Below, piece after piece: positions 27,165 to 36,473 of a DNA stretch of 64,000 nucleotides. The notes under the pieces are model-generated. The model saw only the letters and a program-made list of their open reading frames with translations. It was not told the origin of the DNA and did not search any database. Made by a program: the position numbers and the translations under genes. The DNA is from an uncultured Rubrivirga sp. (GTDB taxonomy: Bacteria; Actinomycetota; Actinomycetes; S36-B12): positions 8,246 to 72,245 of the forward strand of contig CAZQRR010000002.1 of NCBI GenBank assembly GCA_964595675.1. Reading direction: 5' to 3'. Position 1 is the stretch's first letter, and the number at the start of each line of letters is the position of its first letter.

Positions 27165-28220
27165 ATGACCGCATTCCCTACGCCGTTGGTAGGCATCGTG
27201 GGCACAGGTGAAAACGCCCGGGACCACGCCGCCGCGTGCCGGGCGGTGTCCGCGGAACTCGTCGCCATCTGTGATGTCTCAGCGGAAGCCCTCGAACGAT
27301 TCGGGAACGAGTTCGACTGCGCGAACCGTTATCAGTCACTCGAATCGTTACTCGACGCGCATCACCTCGATGTCCTGATCATCTCCACCTGGGGTCCGCA
27401 CCACGCCCCGCTGGCACTGCAAGCGATGGATAGCCGACGATGCCGTGTCGTACTCGTGGAGAAACCAATGGCCATGAATGCGGATGAAGCCAGGGCAATG
27501 GTGACCCGGTCCCGCGAGACAGGCACCATGCTGGTCGAGGGCTTCAAGTGGAGATATGACCCCCAGCATCAGGCAGCCTTTGATTTGCTCGCCACGGGCC
27601 GCATCGGTCCAGTGCGATCAGTACACGCAGCCTTCTCCGCTCCGCTGGCGAGCGTCATGGGTGAGGACAATTGGCGATTCGATCCAACAAGGGGAGGCGG
27701 GTCGCTGTATGACACAGCCAGTTACTTGGTCCACTTCGCTCGCGCCGCAATGGGTGATGAGCCGCTCGCCGTCATGGCGACCACGGCGGACTTCGGCAAT
27801 AGCGGTGCCGAGTTGAGCGCGGCCATGATCTTGGAGTTCACCAACGGCCGTGTCGCTTTACTGCAATCCAGCTATGCCCAGGCCTACCACCAGGCGGTAA
27901 CCGTGATCGGAACGGAGGGCTTTTTGCGCTACACAACCCCCTTCGACTCCCGAAGTAGTCGCGATGCCGAGTTCGTCACAACGCCTCCATTGGCGGCGCG
28001 AATCGACATATATGGCGACGACTTTCGCCACCAAGTATTGGAGTTCCCTCCCTGCAATCAGTTTGAGGCACAGTTGCGCGCGATACTTGAGGCACTGCAG
28101 ACCGGAGAAGGAGTCGCGGCGTCTGGCGCATTTGCGGTGGGAAGTGCGGCCACTCTCGACGCCTTGCGTGCATCAATCCGCTCGGGCCAAAAGGAACGGA
28201 TCAAATATGAACTCAGGTGA
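27165..28220 (+). CDS. Gfo/Idh/MocA-family oxidoreductase
   Basis: 351 aa with VGIVGTGENARDHA and VLVEKPMA (the EKP motif). Confidence 0.75.
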   Translation: MTAFPTPLVGIVGTGENARDHAAACRAVSAELVAICDVSAEALERFGNEFDCANRYQSLESLLDAHHLDVLIISTWGPHHAPLALQAMDSRRCRVVLVEKPMAMNADEARAMVTRSRETGTMLVEGFKWRYDPQHQAAFDLLATGRIGPVRSVHAAFSAPLASVMGEDNWRFDPTRGGGSLYDTASYLVHFARAAMGDEPLAVMATTADFGNSGAELSAAMILEFTNGRVALLQSSYAQAYHQAVTVIGTEGFLRYTTPFDSRSSRDAEFVTTPPLAARIDIYGDDFRHQVLEFPPCNQFEAQLRAILEALQTGEGVAASGAFAVGSAATLDALRASIRSGQKERIKYELR

Positions 28221-28944
28221 TGAGGGACACATAGACATCGACCAGCGCTCCCTGCGCGACCAACTCATCGACTCCCTACGCGAACGGATTATGTCTTCGG
28301 AATTGCCGCGGGGTGAGCGCCTTGACCTTTCGCGGATCGCGAGGGACTATGACGTGAGTCCCATTCCGTTACGTGAAGCCTTGATTGTTTTGGAGTCTGA
28401 GGGAGTTGTCACGTCGAAAGCCCGCCGCGGCGTTTTCGTCGCACAACTATCGGCCGAGGATCTCATCGAGATCTACCAAGTACGGGAAGCCATCGAGCTA
28501 CAGGCAGTTGAGCTACTCATCACAGCAGACGATGCGGCAGCCGATGCTCGTCTCACAGCCGCGCTTGCTGCTCTAGATGCATGCTGGGATCGCGGAGATC
28601 ATGACTCTGCCGTACGCGCCGACATGCGACTGCACGGCCTCGTTGCAGCGTTCTCCGGCAACGAGAGGCTGGCACGACTGGCGCAAATGATGAGTAACCA
28701 AACGCTGATCCACTTAATGCCCGTAGAGGAGTCGCACGAGATCTTGCGTGGACGACCGTCAGACCATTTCCACGCAGACATCGTGCGTAGCATCGTGCAG
28801 CGCGACATGGACAGTGCCCGGTTGGCAATTCGTGATCACTACAGGTGGTCACAGGAACGATTAGTGGAGCCGACGCTGGGACTATGGCAAGGAAAGCCCG
28901 CTAGCGCCAACCGCGCTGATGGCACCGGATCCGAGTCAAGCTAG
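28207..28944 (+). CDS. GntR-family transcriptional regulator (FadR/FCD subfamily)
   Basis: ATG 28207 overlaps the upstream gene by 14 nt. LRDQLIDSLRERIMSSELPRGERLDLSRIARDYDVSPIPLREALIVLESEGVV is followed by an FCD-like helical domain. Confidence 0.8.
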   Translation: MNSGDEGHIDIDQRSLRDQLIDSLRERIMSSELPRGERLDLSRIARDYDVSPIPLREALIVLESEGVVTSKARRGVFVAQLSAEDLIEIYQVREAIELQAVELLITADDAAADARLTAALAALDACWDRGDHDSAVRADMRLHGLVAAFSGNERLARLAQMMSNQTLIHLMPVEESHEILRGRPSDHFHADIVRSIVQRDMDSARLAIRDHYRWSQERLVEPTLGLWQGKPASANRADGTGSESS

Positions 28945-28956
28945 ACCGGAGGTTCG

Positions 28957-30270
28957 CTAGGCCCTGATTTCCGAGTTTGGGACGACGGAGGGTGTGTCCA
29001 TGCTCGCTGGCCAGCGGATCATCAGTGACGCGATCGAGATGCACAGGGCTGCGATCGCGGTGATGATCACTAGGATCACGGCACTGTTCTCCTGGAACAC
29101 TTCGAAGATAATCGGGCCGAATGCAGCGGTGGCCATAGTGATCGCGCCGAACATCCCCCGGATCTCACCAACATGCTTGGTACCGAAGTACTTGGGCAAC
29201 GCTGCAAGGGCATAGCCGAAGAAGACACCGGTCGCCATTCCGAAACAGATTCCGAACAACAGTAGGGAGTCGATCGCATCGAGATTGAATCCCCACCACA
29301 TCGTGAAAACCAACTGCGCCATGGCGGCCGGCACGATCCACCGCATACGGAATCGATCGACGAGGGCAGAGATGATCAGGATGAAGACACCGTTTCCGAT
29401 CATCTGGGGCAGTAGGTTCCGCGCGGCCTCGGCCGCAGTGGCACCTTGATCGATGAAGATCACGGCCTCATGGAACAGGTACCCCGTGGTGGCGAGCGCA
29501 ATGAGCCCCGCACCTACCGTGATCACCCAGGCAAATCCGGTTCGATAGGCCTCACGAGCTGTGACACCGGTGAGTTCCTCATGCACAGGCCCCACAGGAT
29601 CATGCATCCCCGTTGGGACCTTGCCGTCTGGGTACTGGCCGATCTCCCCGGGATGGTCCACGACACCCCAGATCGCAATCGGGAGGAGGACCACGCATGC
29701 AAGTGCAGCAAGAACGAGGAATCCGGTGACGATGCCGATGCGTTCGATCACGACGCTCAGTCCGTAAGCGAGCAGGGACAAAAGAGCAGAGCCAATCCCT
29801 ACCAGGATCCCCAGGGCCAAACCACGTCTGCGGGAGAACCACCAGGCGACGAGGACCGACGCGCCGAGCCAGAGGACGATGCTTCCGATGAGTCTCACCG
29901 CGAGCAGGGCACTGATCGCGACGTACCGGTTCGGGACGAGAGCCAACACGCAGAATGCGATGGCATAGGTCAAGGTCGCCGCAATCAGGATGCGACGAGC
30001 ACCGTGCTCGTCCATGAAGCGCCCCAAAACCGGCATGAGGAAGGCGCCACCGAACGCTCCGACGAGAAAGATCAGGGATACATCTCGCGAAGTCAAGTCC
30101 ATTTGCCCCGTGAGGGGCAGTAGAAGAACCGAGAATCCTTGGGTCTGTCCGATCGCGGTCCACGCGAAGACGACCACGGCCATGGCGAGAATCCACCACC
30201 CGTAAAAGCCGCCGGGACTTCGGACTCCACGGCGCAGACTTGATCGCCTGACGGTTTGGTCGATGGTCAC
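28957..30270 (-). CDS. MFS transporter
   Basis: 437 aa, about 12 hydrophobic segments by eye. It is the last gene of the aldolase-IolD-SDR chain. Confidence 0.75.
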   Translation of the reverse strand: MTIDQTVRRSSLRRGVRSPGGFYGWWILAMAVVVFAWTAIGQTQGFSVLLLPLTGQMDLTSRDVSLIFLVGAFGGAFLMPVLGRFMDEHGARRILIAATLTYAIAFCVLALVPNRYVAISALLAVRLIGSIVLWLGASVLVAWWFSRRRGLALGILVGIGSALLSLLAYGLSVVIERIGIVTGFLVLAALACVVLLPIAIWGVVDHPGEIGQYPDGKVPTGMHDPVGPVHEELTGVTAREAYRTGFAWVITVGAGLIALATTGYLFHEAVIFIDQGATAAEAARNLLPQMIGNGVFILIISALVDRFRMRWIVPAAMAQLVFTMWWGFNLDAIDSLLLFGICFGMATGVFFGYALAALPKYFGTKHVGEIRGMFGAITMATAAFGPIIFEVFQENSAVILVIITAIAALCISIASLMIRWPASMDTPSVVPNSEIRA

Positions 30271-31088
30271 GGCGACCAGATCACCGGTACCTTCTCCATC
30301 GCCTGGCCCACGGCCTCCGGACCGGCCCCCAGATACCCGCCGTCCACGTTGAGCTCGGCACCGGTGATGAACGATGCCCTATCGGATAACAGGAAGACGA
30401 TCGCATCCGCGATCTCCTCCGGATCGGCCATGCGTCCCCAGTACTGGAACTCCGCAGCGAAGGCATCGGCGCGCTCACGAGAACCGTAGCGACGTTCGAT
30501 GTTGCGGCTCCACGTCCAACCTGGGAGCACCGCGTTGACTCGGATTCGGTCGGAGGCCAGCGCCTGCGCAGAGTTTCGCGACAGCCCCAGAAGCGCCGCC
30601 TTGGTCGTGGGGTAGAGAACACGGCCTGGTTGAGACCGATACCCGCTGATCGAGGACACGATTACAACCGCTCCACCGCCACGGCGCTTCATGTGTGGAG
30701 CGCAGAGATTGATCAGTCGTGCAACCGAGATGACGTTCACATCGAAGATGCGCTGCCATTCTTCGTGTGTCGCAAGGACACCAGGGTCGGCAAAGATCGC
30801 CGCAGCGGTGACGAGCAAGTCCACGCCGCCGAAACGCGACACGGCGCCTTCCACGACGTCCCCGAGGTACGCATCATCCGCGACATCACCGGGTCGCACG
30901 AGGAGCTCTTCACCCCACCCGAGGTCGGTCAGGTAGTGGGTGTTGGTCTCGGTGTCGCATGCCACGATGCTCGCACCGGAGTCGAGGAGTTGACGAATGG
31001 TCTCGATACCGATGAGCGACGCGGCACCGGTGATGATGGCCACCTTGCCCGCCAAGGGCTGCCTCCCAGGGGGCTCACCCGATGTCAT
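30267..31088 (-). CDS. SDR-family oxidoreductase
   Basis: LAGKVAIITGAASLIG, a YPTTKAA (YxxxK) motif, LPGW and VDGG. Confidence 0.75.
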   Translation of the reverse strand: MTSGEPPGRQPLAGKVAIITGAASLIGIETIRQLLDSGASIVACDTETNTHYLTDLGWGEELLVRPGDVADDAYLGDVVEGAVSRFGGVDLLVTAAAIFADPGVLATHEEWQRIFDVNVISVARLINLCAPHMKRRGGGAVVIVSSISGYRSQPGRVLYPTTKAALLGLSRNSAQALASDRIRVNAVLPGWTWSRNIERRYGSRERADAFAAEFQYWGRMADPEEIADAIVFLLSDRASFITGAELNVDGGYLGAGPEAVGQAMEKVPVIWSP

Positions 31089-31100
31089 CGACGCTCTCTC

Positions 31101-32960
31101 TTACGCCCATCGTTGGTGCTTCTTCTCCGCTTCGTGTTCACCACGCGCCACCCGGACATCCGGCCGCACACTCACCTCGGGCACGCCAACCTCCCACCAC
31201 GCACTGCCCTCGAGCCAGGCGTACTGCTGCACCGGAATCACCAACCCGTAACTGCGATCGGATGCCCGAGCACGTGCGAAGGCAGCAGGAAGGTCTGCGA
31301 TAGACGGTACGAACTCTGCTCCCGCACCCATGGCACTGATGTGTTGGACGAAGTCCACCCGGGCATCCCGCACACGGCGGCTCGACGAGTAGAGGTTGTT
31401 GAACTCCGCTCCGCCCGTGTTGACCTGGAGGCGGTTGATCACCGCGAATCCACCGTTGTCGCACACGATGAAGATCACCTTGTGTCCCGACAGTACGGTG
31501 CTGAATACGTCCGAGTTGGCCATCAGGTACGAGCCGTCCCCCATGAAGGCGAGCACCTCGCCGCCAGCCGCGCGGGCGGAGTCCGCCAAAGCCATGCTCG
31601 CGCCCCACGCACCCGAAAGTTCGTATCCCATTGTGGAGAAACCCCACTCGGAATCGAAGCTGTTCGGGGAAAGTGAGTTCCATGCCATGGTGAGTTCGCC
31701 GATGATGCCGCCAGCGGCGCACACCACGTAGTCTTGAGGCAATGCGAGAGCGTTGCACTCCTGGATGACTTGGCCGTACGAGGGCGGGTCGAGATCGGCC
31801 TTGTCGCGCCAACCCTCGAGATAGCTCGCCCACTCAGCGTTGTGCGCGTGCGCCTTCGTCAGCCAGGCTTCATCGGCTGAGTACGAGCCGAGTCCGGCAT
31901 CAAGGGCCCCAAGACTGACGAGAGCGTCACCAATTACCGCGCAATCGGTGCGCTTCATTGCATCCCACCGATTAGTGTTGATCAGGATGAACCGGGCCTC
32001 CGGTTGACGGAACAGTGTCCACGAACCAGTCGTGAAGTCCTGCAATCTAGTACCAACGGCGAGGATGACGTCCGCTTCCTCGGCAACCTTGTTGGCGGAT
32101 GCAGCTCCGATCACCCCGATCGTGCCGACGAGGTTGGGATTACTCGCTGGGACGGTGGCCTTCCCCGCCGCAGTCTCGGCAATCGGGATTCCGCGGCGGG
32201 CCGCAAAATCAGCCAGGACATCGTTGGCTCGGGAGTATCGGACCCCGCCACCGCTGATGATCAACGGGCGCTTGGCCTTCGACAGGATAGAAATCGCCTC
32301 AGCGATATCCCGATGATCGGGTGCAGGCCTCCGGATGTAGTGGACGCGGGTCTCGAAGAATGCGACCGGGTAGTCGTACGCCTCGGCCTGAACATCTTGG
32401 GGCAGTGCGAAGAAGGCGGGTCCACAGTCGGCCGGGTCCAGCATTGTCGCCAATGCCTGGGGAAGCGAGCGGATGATCTGCTCCGGTCGGTTGATGCGAT
32501 CCCAGTAACGGACCACCGGCTTGAATGCATCGCAGATCGACACGGTAGGGTCGACGAACGTCTCGATCTGCTGGAGGACAGGATCCACAGCACGATGTGC
32601 GAAGTAGTCCCCGCACAGCATCAAAAGCGGAATGCGGTTGACGCTCGCCACGGCCGCGGCCGTCATCAAGTTGCTGCAGCCAGGCCCCACGGACGTGGTG
32701 GCGATCATGATCTGTTGGCGAAGCATTGCTTTCGAGTAGGCGATTCCAGCCAATGCCATGTACTGCTCGTTTTGACCACGCCACGTCGGAAGATGGTCCT
32801 GAACCGGCTCGAGTGCCTCCGCCAGAGACGTCACGTTGCCGTGGCCGAAGATGCCGAATGTCCCAGCAAAAACCGGGCTTTCAACTCCGTCGACGTCGAT
32901 TTGCTGAGCAATTAACCATCGAACGATTGCCTGGGCCGTAGTCAGACGTACCGTGTCCAT
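31101..32960 (-). CDS. iolD: IolD-like TPP-dependent enzyme (3D-(3,5/4)-trihydroxycyclohexane-1,2-dione acylhydrolase family)
   Basis: ATG 32960 behind the RBS GGAGGAG. The N-terminus VRLTTAQAIVRWLIAQQIDVDGVESPVFAGTFGIFGHGNV closely parallels the IolD N-terminus. TPP motif GDGSYLM...CDNGGF. 620 aa. The ORF-track start at 33065 is rejected. Confidence 0.7.
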   Translation of the reverse strand: MDTVRLTTAQAIVRWLIAQQIDVDGVESPVFAGTFGIFGHGNVTSLAEALEPVQDHLPTWRGQNEQYMALAGIAYSKAMLRQQIMIATTSVGPGCSNLMTAAAVASVNRIPLLMLCGDYFAHRAVDPVLQQIETFVDPTVSICDAFKPVVRYWDRINRPEQIIRSLPQALATMLDPADCGPAFFALPQDVQAEAYDYPVAFFETRVHYIRRPAPDHRDIAEAISILSKAKRPLIISGGGVRYSRANDVLADFAARRGIPIAETAAGKATVPASNPNLVGTIGVIGAASANKVAEEADVILAVGTRLQDFTTGSWTLFRQPEARFILINTNRWDAMKRTDCAVIGDALVSLGALDAGLGSYSADEAWLTKAHAHNAEWASYLEGWRDKADLDPPSYGQVIQECNALALPQDYVVCAAGGIIGELTMAWNSLSPNSFDSEWGFSTMGYELSGAWGASMALADSARAAGGEVLAFMGDGSYLMANSDVFSTVLSGHKVIFIVCDNGGFAVINRLQVNTGGAEFNNLYSSSRRVRDARVDFVQHISAMGAGAEFVPSIADLPAAFARARASDRSYGLVIPVQQYAWLEGSAWWEVGVPEVSVRPDVRVARGEHEAEKKHQRWA

Positions 32961-32986
32961 GACTCCTCCACTTCGTTCACCGCCGG

Positions 32987-33775
32987 CTAGTAGAGGCCAC
33001 CCGCGGCCTCTGATGCCTGTTCCCGGGCGCGGGCAACCTGCTGCGTGTATCCAGACCCCAACCACACCGAGTCACTACCGATGGAACACATCCGGTACCC
33101 CAGCGCAACCTTGTCCCGGGCATCGGCACCCGACAGGGAGTGGATCGCGGGTATGCGCGCATGTGACCGACAGCCATCGACGATGCGCGACAGGAGAGCG
33201 TCCAATTCCGGAGAGGACTTCCCGGGTGGCATTCCGTGAGTCAGCGCGAGATCAGCTGGACCGACATAGACCCCGTCGATTCCGGGGACCGCGAGGATGC
33301 CGTCAAGGTTATCCATCGCTTCCTTCGTCTCTATCTGGACCAGACACAGGATCTGCTGATTCACCCACTCCGTGTCGATGTCGATGTGCAGTCGAGCCCG
33401 GATGGGGCCATAACTGCGCTCACCCAGGGGTGGGTACCGGCAGGAACGAACCGCATCCTCGGCCAGCGCAACCGTGTTGACCATCGGGAAGATCAGGCCC
33501 ATCGCCCCGGCATCGAGTGCGCGCTGCGCGATCCCGTGGTCACCGAAGGGGATGCGGACCATCGGCACGGCACCCGCCAGGCTAATCGCCTGCAGCATCG
33601 ACACCAGATCGGAGTAACCGGTCAGGCCGTGTTGCATGTCCACGACCGCGTAGTCGACTCCACTGGATCCAACTAACTCCGCTGCGAAGGAAGTCGGCAA
33701 GGTGCACCAACCGCCGAAAAGGGGTTCTTGGGTCTGCAGTCGAGAACGGAGAGGGTTTCCCTTGGGCGATGCCAT
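32987..33775 (-). CDS. HpcH/HpaI-family aldolase (2-keto-3-deoxy-acid aldolase type)
   Basis: 262 aa with GVDYAVVDMQHG...PMVRIP...GLIFPMV...IETKEA...GVYVGPADL. Confidence 0.8.
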   Translation of the reverse strand: MASPKGNPLRSRLQTQEPLFGGWCTLPTSFAAELVGSSGVDYAVVDMQHGLTGYSDLVSMLQAISLAGAVPMVRIPFGDHGIAQRALDAGAMGLIFPMVNTVALAEDAVRSCRYPPLGERSYGPIRARLHIDIDTEWVNQQILCLVQIETKEAMDNLDGILAVPGIDGVYVGPADLALTHGMPPGKSSPELDALLSRIVDGCRSHARIPAIHSLSGADARDKVALGYRMCSIGSDSVWLGSGYTQQVARAREQASEAAGGLY

Positions 33776-33852
33776 TAGGGGCCACGCTCCTCACCTGTAC
33801 GCCTATATAAAGGTGTCGAATCGGCTGCAATGATCCCAAGGCGAGAATTCGT

Positions 33853-33867
33853 TGTCAACTGTTGACA
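33853..33867. promoter_or_regulatory. Perfect palindrome TGTCAAC-T-GTTGACA (operator candidate)
   Basis: A 15-bp perfect dyad that abuts the GntR stop codon (33868-33870) and lies about 80 nt upstream of the aldolase start at 33775. An AT-rich CTATATAAA box is at 33803-33811. Confidence 0.6.
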
Positions 33868-34602
33868 CTAATTCGATTTACGACGCGGTCTCTTTGGCGC
33901 CACTTCCGGGGGCACCTTGTCGACGAACGGCTCGGAAGCTCGCCATCGCGCGTGCCGGTAGTGCTCGGCGATGGCCGTTCGGACTGCCTCCGCATCACCC
34001 GCCACGACCGCGTCGAAGATCGCGTAGTGCAGAGCGCGCATCTCCGTCCACCCCACGAGGGGCCAACGCGACGGATCTATGGCTCGAACATGATGACGGT
34101 TCTGCGACAACATCTGCCGATAGATGCCGGAGAACCGTGAGTTGCCCGAGAGGTCAACGAGTGCTTGATGAAAGTCGAGGTCGTGATTTCTCGCAGATTC
34201 GAACTTACCTTGTTCCTTCTCAACCTCGATGGTCTTCAAGAGATCCCCGAGTTTACGAAGGTCCGCCTGGGAAATCTCATCCCCGAGGAGGCAGACTTCC
34301 ACCGCGGCAAAAGTCTCGATCGCCTCGCGGACACTGAGGACCTCTTCGAGGTCGACTATGGAGGTGGTGCCGACCACAGTCCCATGACGACGAGTGCTGA
34401 CGACTATGCCCTCGTTTTCCAAGGCCATGAGAGCTTCGCGGACGGGACCTCGGCTTACGCCCCAGCGGTCGGCCAGCTCCGCAGTGATGAGCCTGGTACC
34501 CGGGGCCATCTCCCCGGACAGTATGGACACACGTAACTCGTCGGCGATTTGTTCCCATAGGTGCCGCTGACGGATCGGACTGACGCTATGAACTTCGGAC
34601 AC
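33868..34602 (-). CDS. GntR-family transcriptional regulator (FadR/FCD subfamily)
   Basis: LWEQIADELRVSILSGEMAPGTRLITAELADRWGVSRGPVREALMALENEGIVV plus an FCD-like domain. GTG 34602 behind GGAGAA is preferred over the ORF-track start at 34674. Confidence 0.8.
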   Translation of the reverse strand: MSEVHSVSPIRQRHLWEQIADELRVSILSGEMAPGTRLITAELADRWGVSRGPVREALMALENEGIVVSTRRHGTVVGTTSIVDLEEVLSVREAIETFAAVEVCLLGDEISQADLRKLGDLLKTIEVEKEQGKFESARNHDLDFHQALVDLSGNSRFSGIYRQMLSQNRHHVRAIDPSRWPLVGWTEMRALHYAIFDAVVAGDAEAVRTAIAEHYRHARWRASEPFVDKVPPEVAPKRPRRKSN

Positions 34603-34691
34603 GTCGGCTTCTCCATTCCTCACGTCTTGCAACACTGGACGGCACAGTATCGCGATCGCTGCCCTACTCGCCAATCAAGAGGGACCAGCAT

Positions 34692-35675
34692 CTAGAGGTT
34701 CTCTGGCATCACCCGGTAGAGCGCTGGTTCACCCGCAAGGACGCGCGCCGCGTTGGCCGCCGTCATCGCTGCTCGCCGGGTCATGGTGGCGCGGGTGGCG
34801 GCCGCCCAATGCGGGGTTACTGCAACGTTGGGCATGTCGAGCAGCGGGCTGTCCAGGGGCAGTGGTTCAACCTCGAACACGTCGAGTCCAGCTCCACCGA
34901 GTTGACCCGAGCGAAGGGCGTCGACCAGCGCTCCTTCGTCAATCAAGGGCCCTCTGGCCACATTGAGAACTATTGCCCCCCGCTTCAGTTGACCCAGCGT
35001 CGTCGCGTTCAAAGTGTGGCGGGTCTTAGAAGTGAGCGGTAGGTGCAGGGAGATCACGTCGGCCTGATTCAACGCACGCGAAAACCTCGCGATGTTGAGG
35101 TACTCGTCGATGCCGAGGTCTTCGGCCTCCACGGACAGTTCGTCGAGGACATCGACGCCTACGACCCTCATGGCGAAACCGCGAGCCATCCTGGCAAGTT
35201 CACGTCCGCTCGTGCCCACTCCCACGATCACCATCGTCTTGCCATGCAGTTCCGCGGCGTTCCCATCGAAGAAGTGCTGGTCGAGGAGAGCCGGTCGGGC
35301 GAGGCTCGCCTGCTTGACCACGGATAGAAGGAGGAACATCGCATGCTCGGCAAGCGGAATGGATGTGGAGTTACCTGGGATACGGGCCAGCGGGATGCCG
35401 GCCGCCATGACCTCATCCAACGCGAGGTGATCCAAGCCGTAGCCCACCACCTGCCACAGTTCGACGCCCGCAGCTTGGGCTGCCGCTATGTGCTCCGGTC
35501 TACCCCAGCCACCGATATCGATGACCACCCTTTTGCCATCGAATTGTGGCCCCAGAGGTAGGTCGGCGGTGAAGAAGTCGGATTCGATGCCCTGTTCAGC
35601 CAGCGCGGCAAGCAACTCGGAGTAGATCGGTTCCAGGGCGGAGGCGGCCACGTGCACGACAAGTACCTCACTCAT
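34692..35675 (-). CDS. D-isomer-specific 2-hydroxyacid dehydrogenase family protein
   Basis: NAD fold GVGTSGRELARMA, ...NVARGPLIDE... and VTPHWA. 327 aa. Confidence 0.8.
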   Translation of the reverse strand: MSEVLVVHVAASALEPIYSELLAALAEQGIESDFFTADLPLGPQFDGKRVVIDIGGWGRPEHIAAAQAAGVELWQVVGYGLDHLALDEVMAAGIPLARIPGNSTSIPLAEHAMFLLLSVVKQASLARPALLDQHFFDGNAAELHGKTMVIVGVGTSGRELARMARGFAMRVVGVDVLDELSVEAEDLGIDEYLNIARFSRALNQADVISLHLPLTSKTRHTLNATTLGQLKRGAIVLNVARGPLIDEGALVDALRSGQLGGAGLDVFEVEPLPLDSPLLDMPNVAVTPHWAAATRATMTRRAAMTAANAARVLAGEPALYRVMPENL

Positions 35676-35681
35676 GGTAGG

Positions 35682-36473
35682 TCAACCACCCCTCGCCTCA
35701 GTCAGAGCAGCTTGTCCGCCAGCTTGGAGGAATGCGGTATCCCCACCGATGCCCACGTAGTCGAATCCGGCCTTGGCTGCCTGAGCTGCAGCAACGCCAC
35801 TCCCCACCTGGATGCCGGAGAAACGACCATTCGCCTTCGCCGTACCGCAAATGGTGGAGAGTGCCTCCTGGAAGGACTCCGGCACCGATGAATCCTGACC
35901 GGCTACCGCGTACAGGTCCGCCATGATCGGTCCGCCGCCCAAACTGATGGACAGGTCGTTCGGGCCCACGAACACCCCATCCACTCCCGGGGTTCGCGTA
36001 ATCATGTCGACGTTCGCCAAGCCCCCGACGGATTCAATCATCACCAGACACAAAAGATCCGCGTTGGCCGCGGACAGATCGGCTCCGTAGGGAGCGCGAT
36101 ACGGACCGAAACTCCGGATTCCTTCCGGTGGGTAGCGACACGCGGCCGCGGCTCGCAGAGCACCCTCAACGTCCTCGATGTACGGGAAAATGATCCCTTC
36201 CGCGCCCGCGTCCAGGGCACGCTGGGCACCCGAGTAGTCCTCGAATGGCACCCGAACCAGCGGCGTAACCGCGTGATGGCGCAAGATCAAACACAACTCG
36301 GGCAGGTCTCGATACGTGGCCAGTCCATGTTGCATGTCGATGAACACCCAGTCGAACCCGGATCGGGCTACCTGTTCCATGGAGAACGGGTGCGGCAGCG
36401 CAGTCGCGGTGCCGTAGGCCGCGCTGCCGGATTCGATGAGAGAGCGAAGTCGGCCTCGATGAGGTGCGGTCAC
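35682..36473 (-). CDS. HpcH/HpaI-family aldolase
   Basis: GFDWVFIDMQHG...PLVRVP...GIIFPYI...IESVGG...GVFVGPNDL. 263 aa. Its start overlaps the 3' end of the upstream ATPase gene by 4 nt. Confidence 0.8.
   Translation of the reverse strand: MTAPHRGRLRSLIESGSAAYGTATALPHPFSMEQVARSGFDWVFIDMQHGLATYRDLPELCLILRHHAVTPLVRVPFEDYSGAQRALDAGAEGIIFPYIEDVEGALRAAAACRYPPEGIRSFGPYRAPYGADLSAANADLLCLVMIESVGGLANVDMITRTPGVDGVFVGPNDLSISLGGGPIMADLYAVAGQDSSVPESFQEALSTICGTAKANGRFSGIQVGSGVAAAQAAKAGFDYVGIGGDTAFLQAGGQAALTEARGG

Noticed and set aside
31101-32960. Calling the region a standard myo-inositol (iol) operon because of the IolD-like gene
   Set aside because: I recognise no IolB, IolC, IolJ or IolA equivalents in the window. 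The neighbours are an HpcH aldolase, an SDR and an MFS transporter. The canonical-pathway label is therefore not supported.
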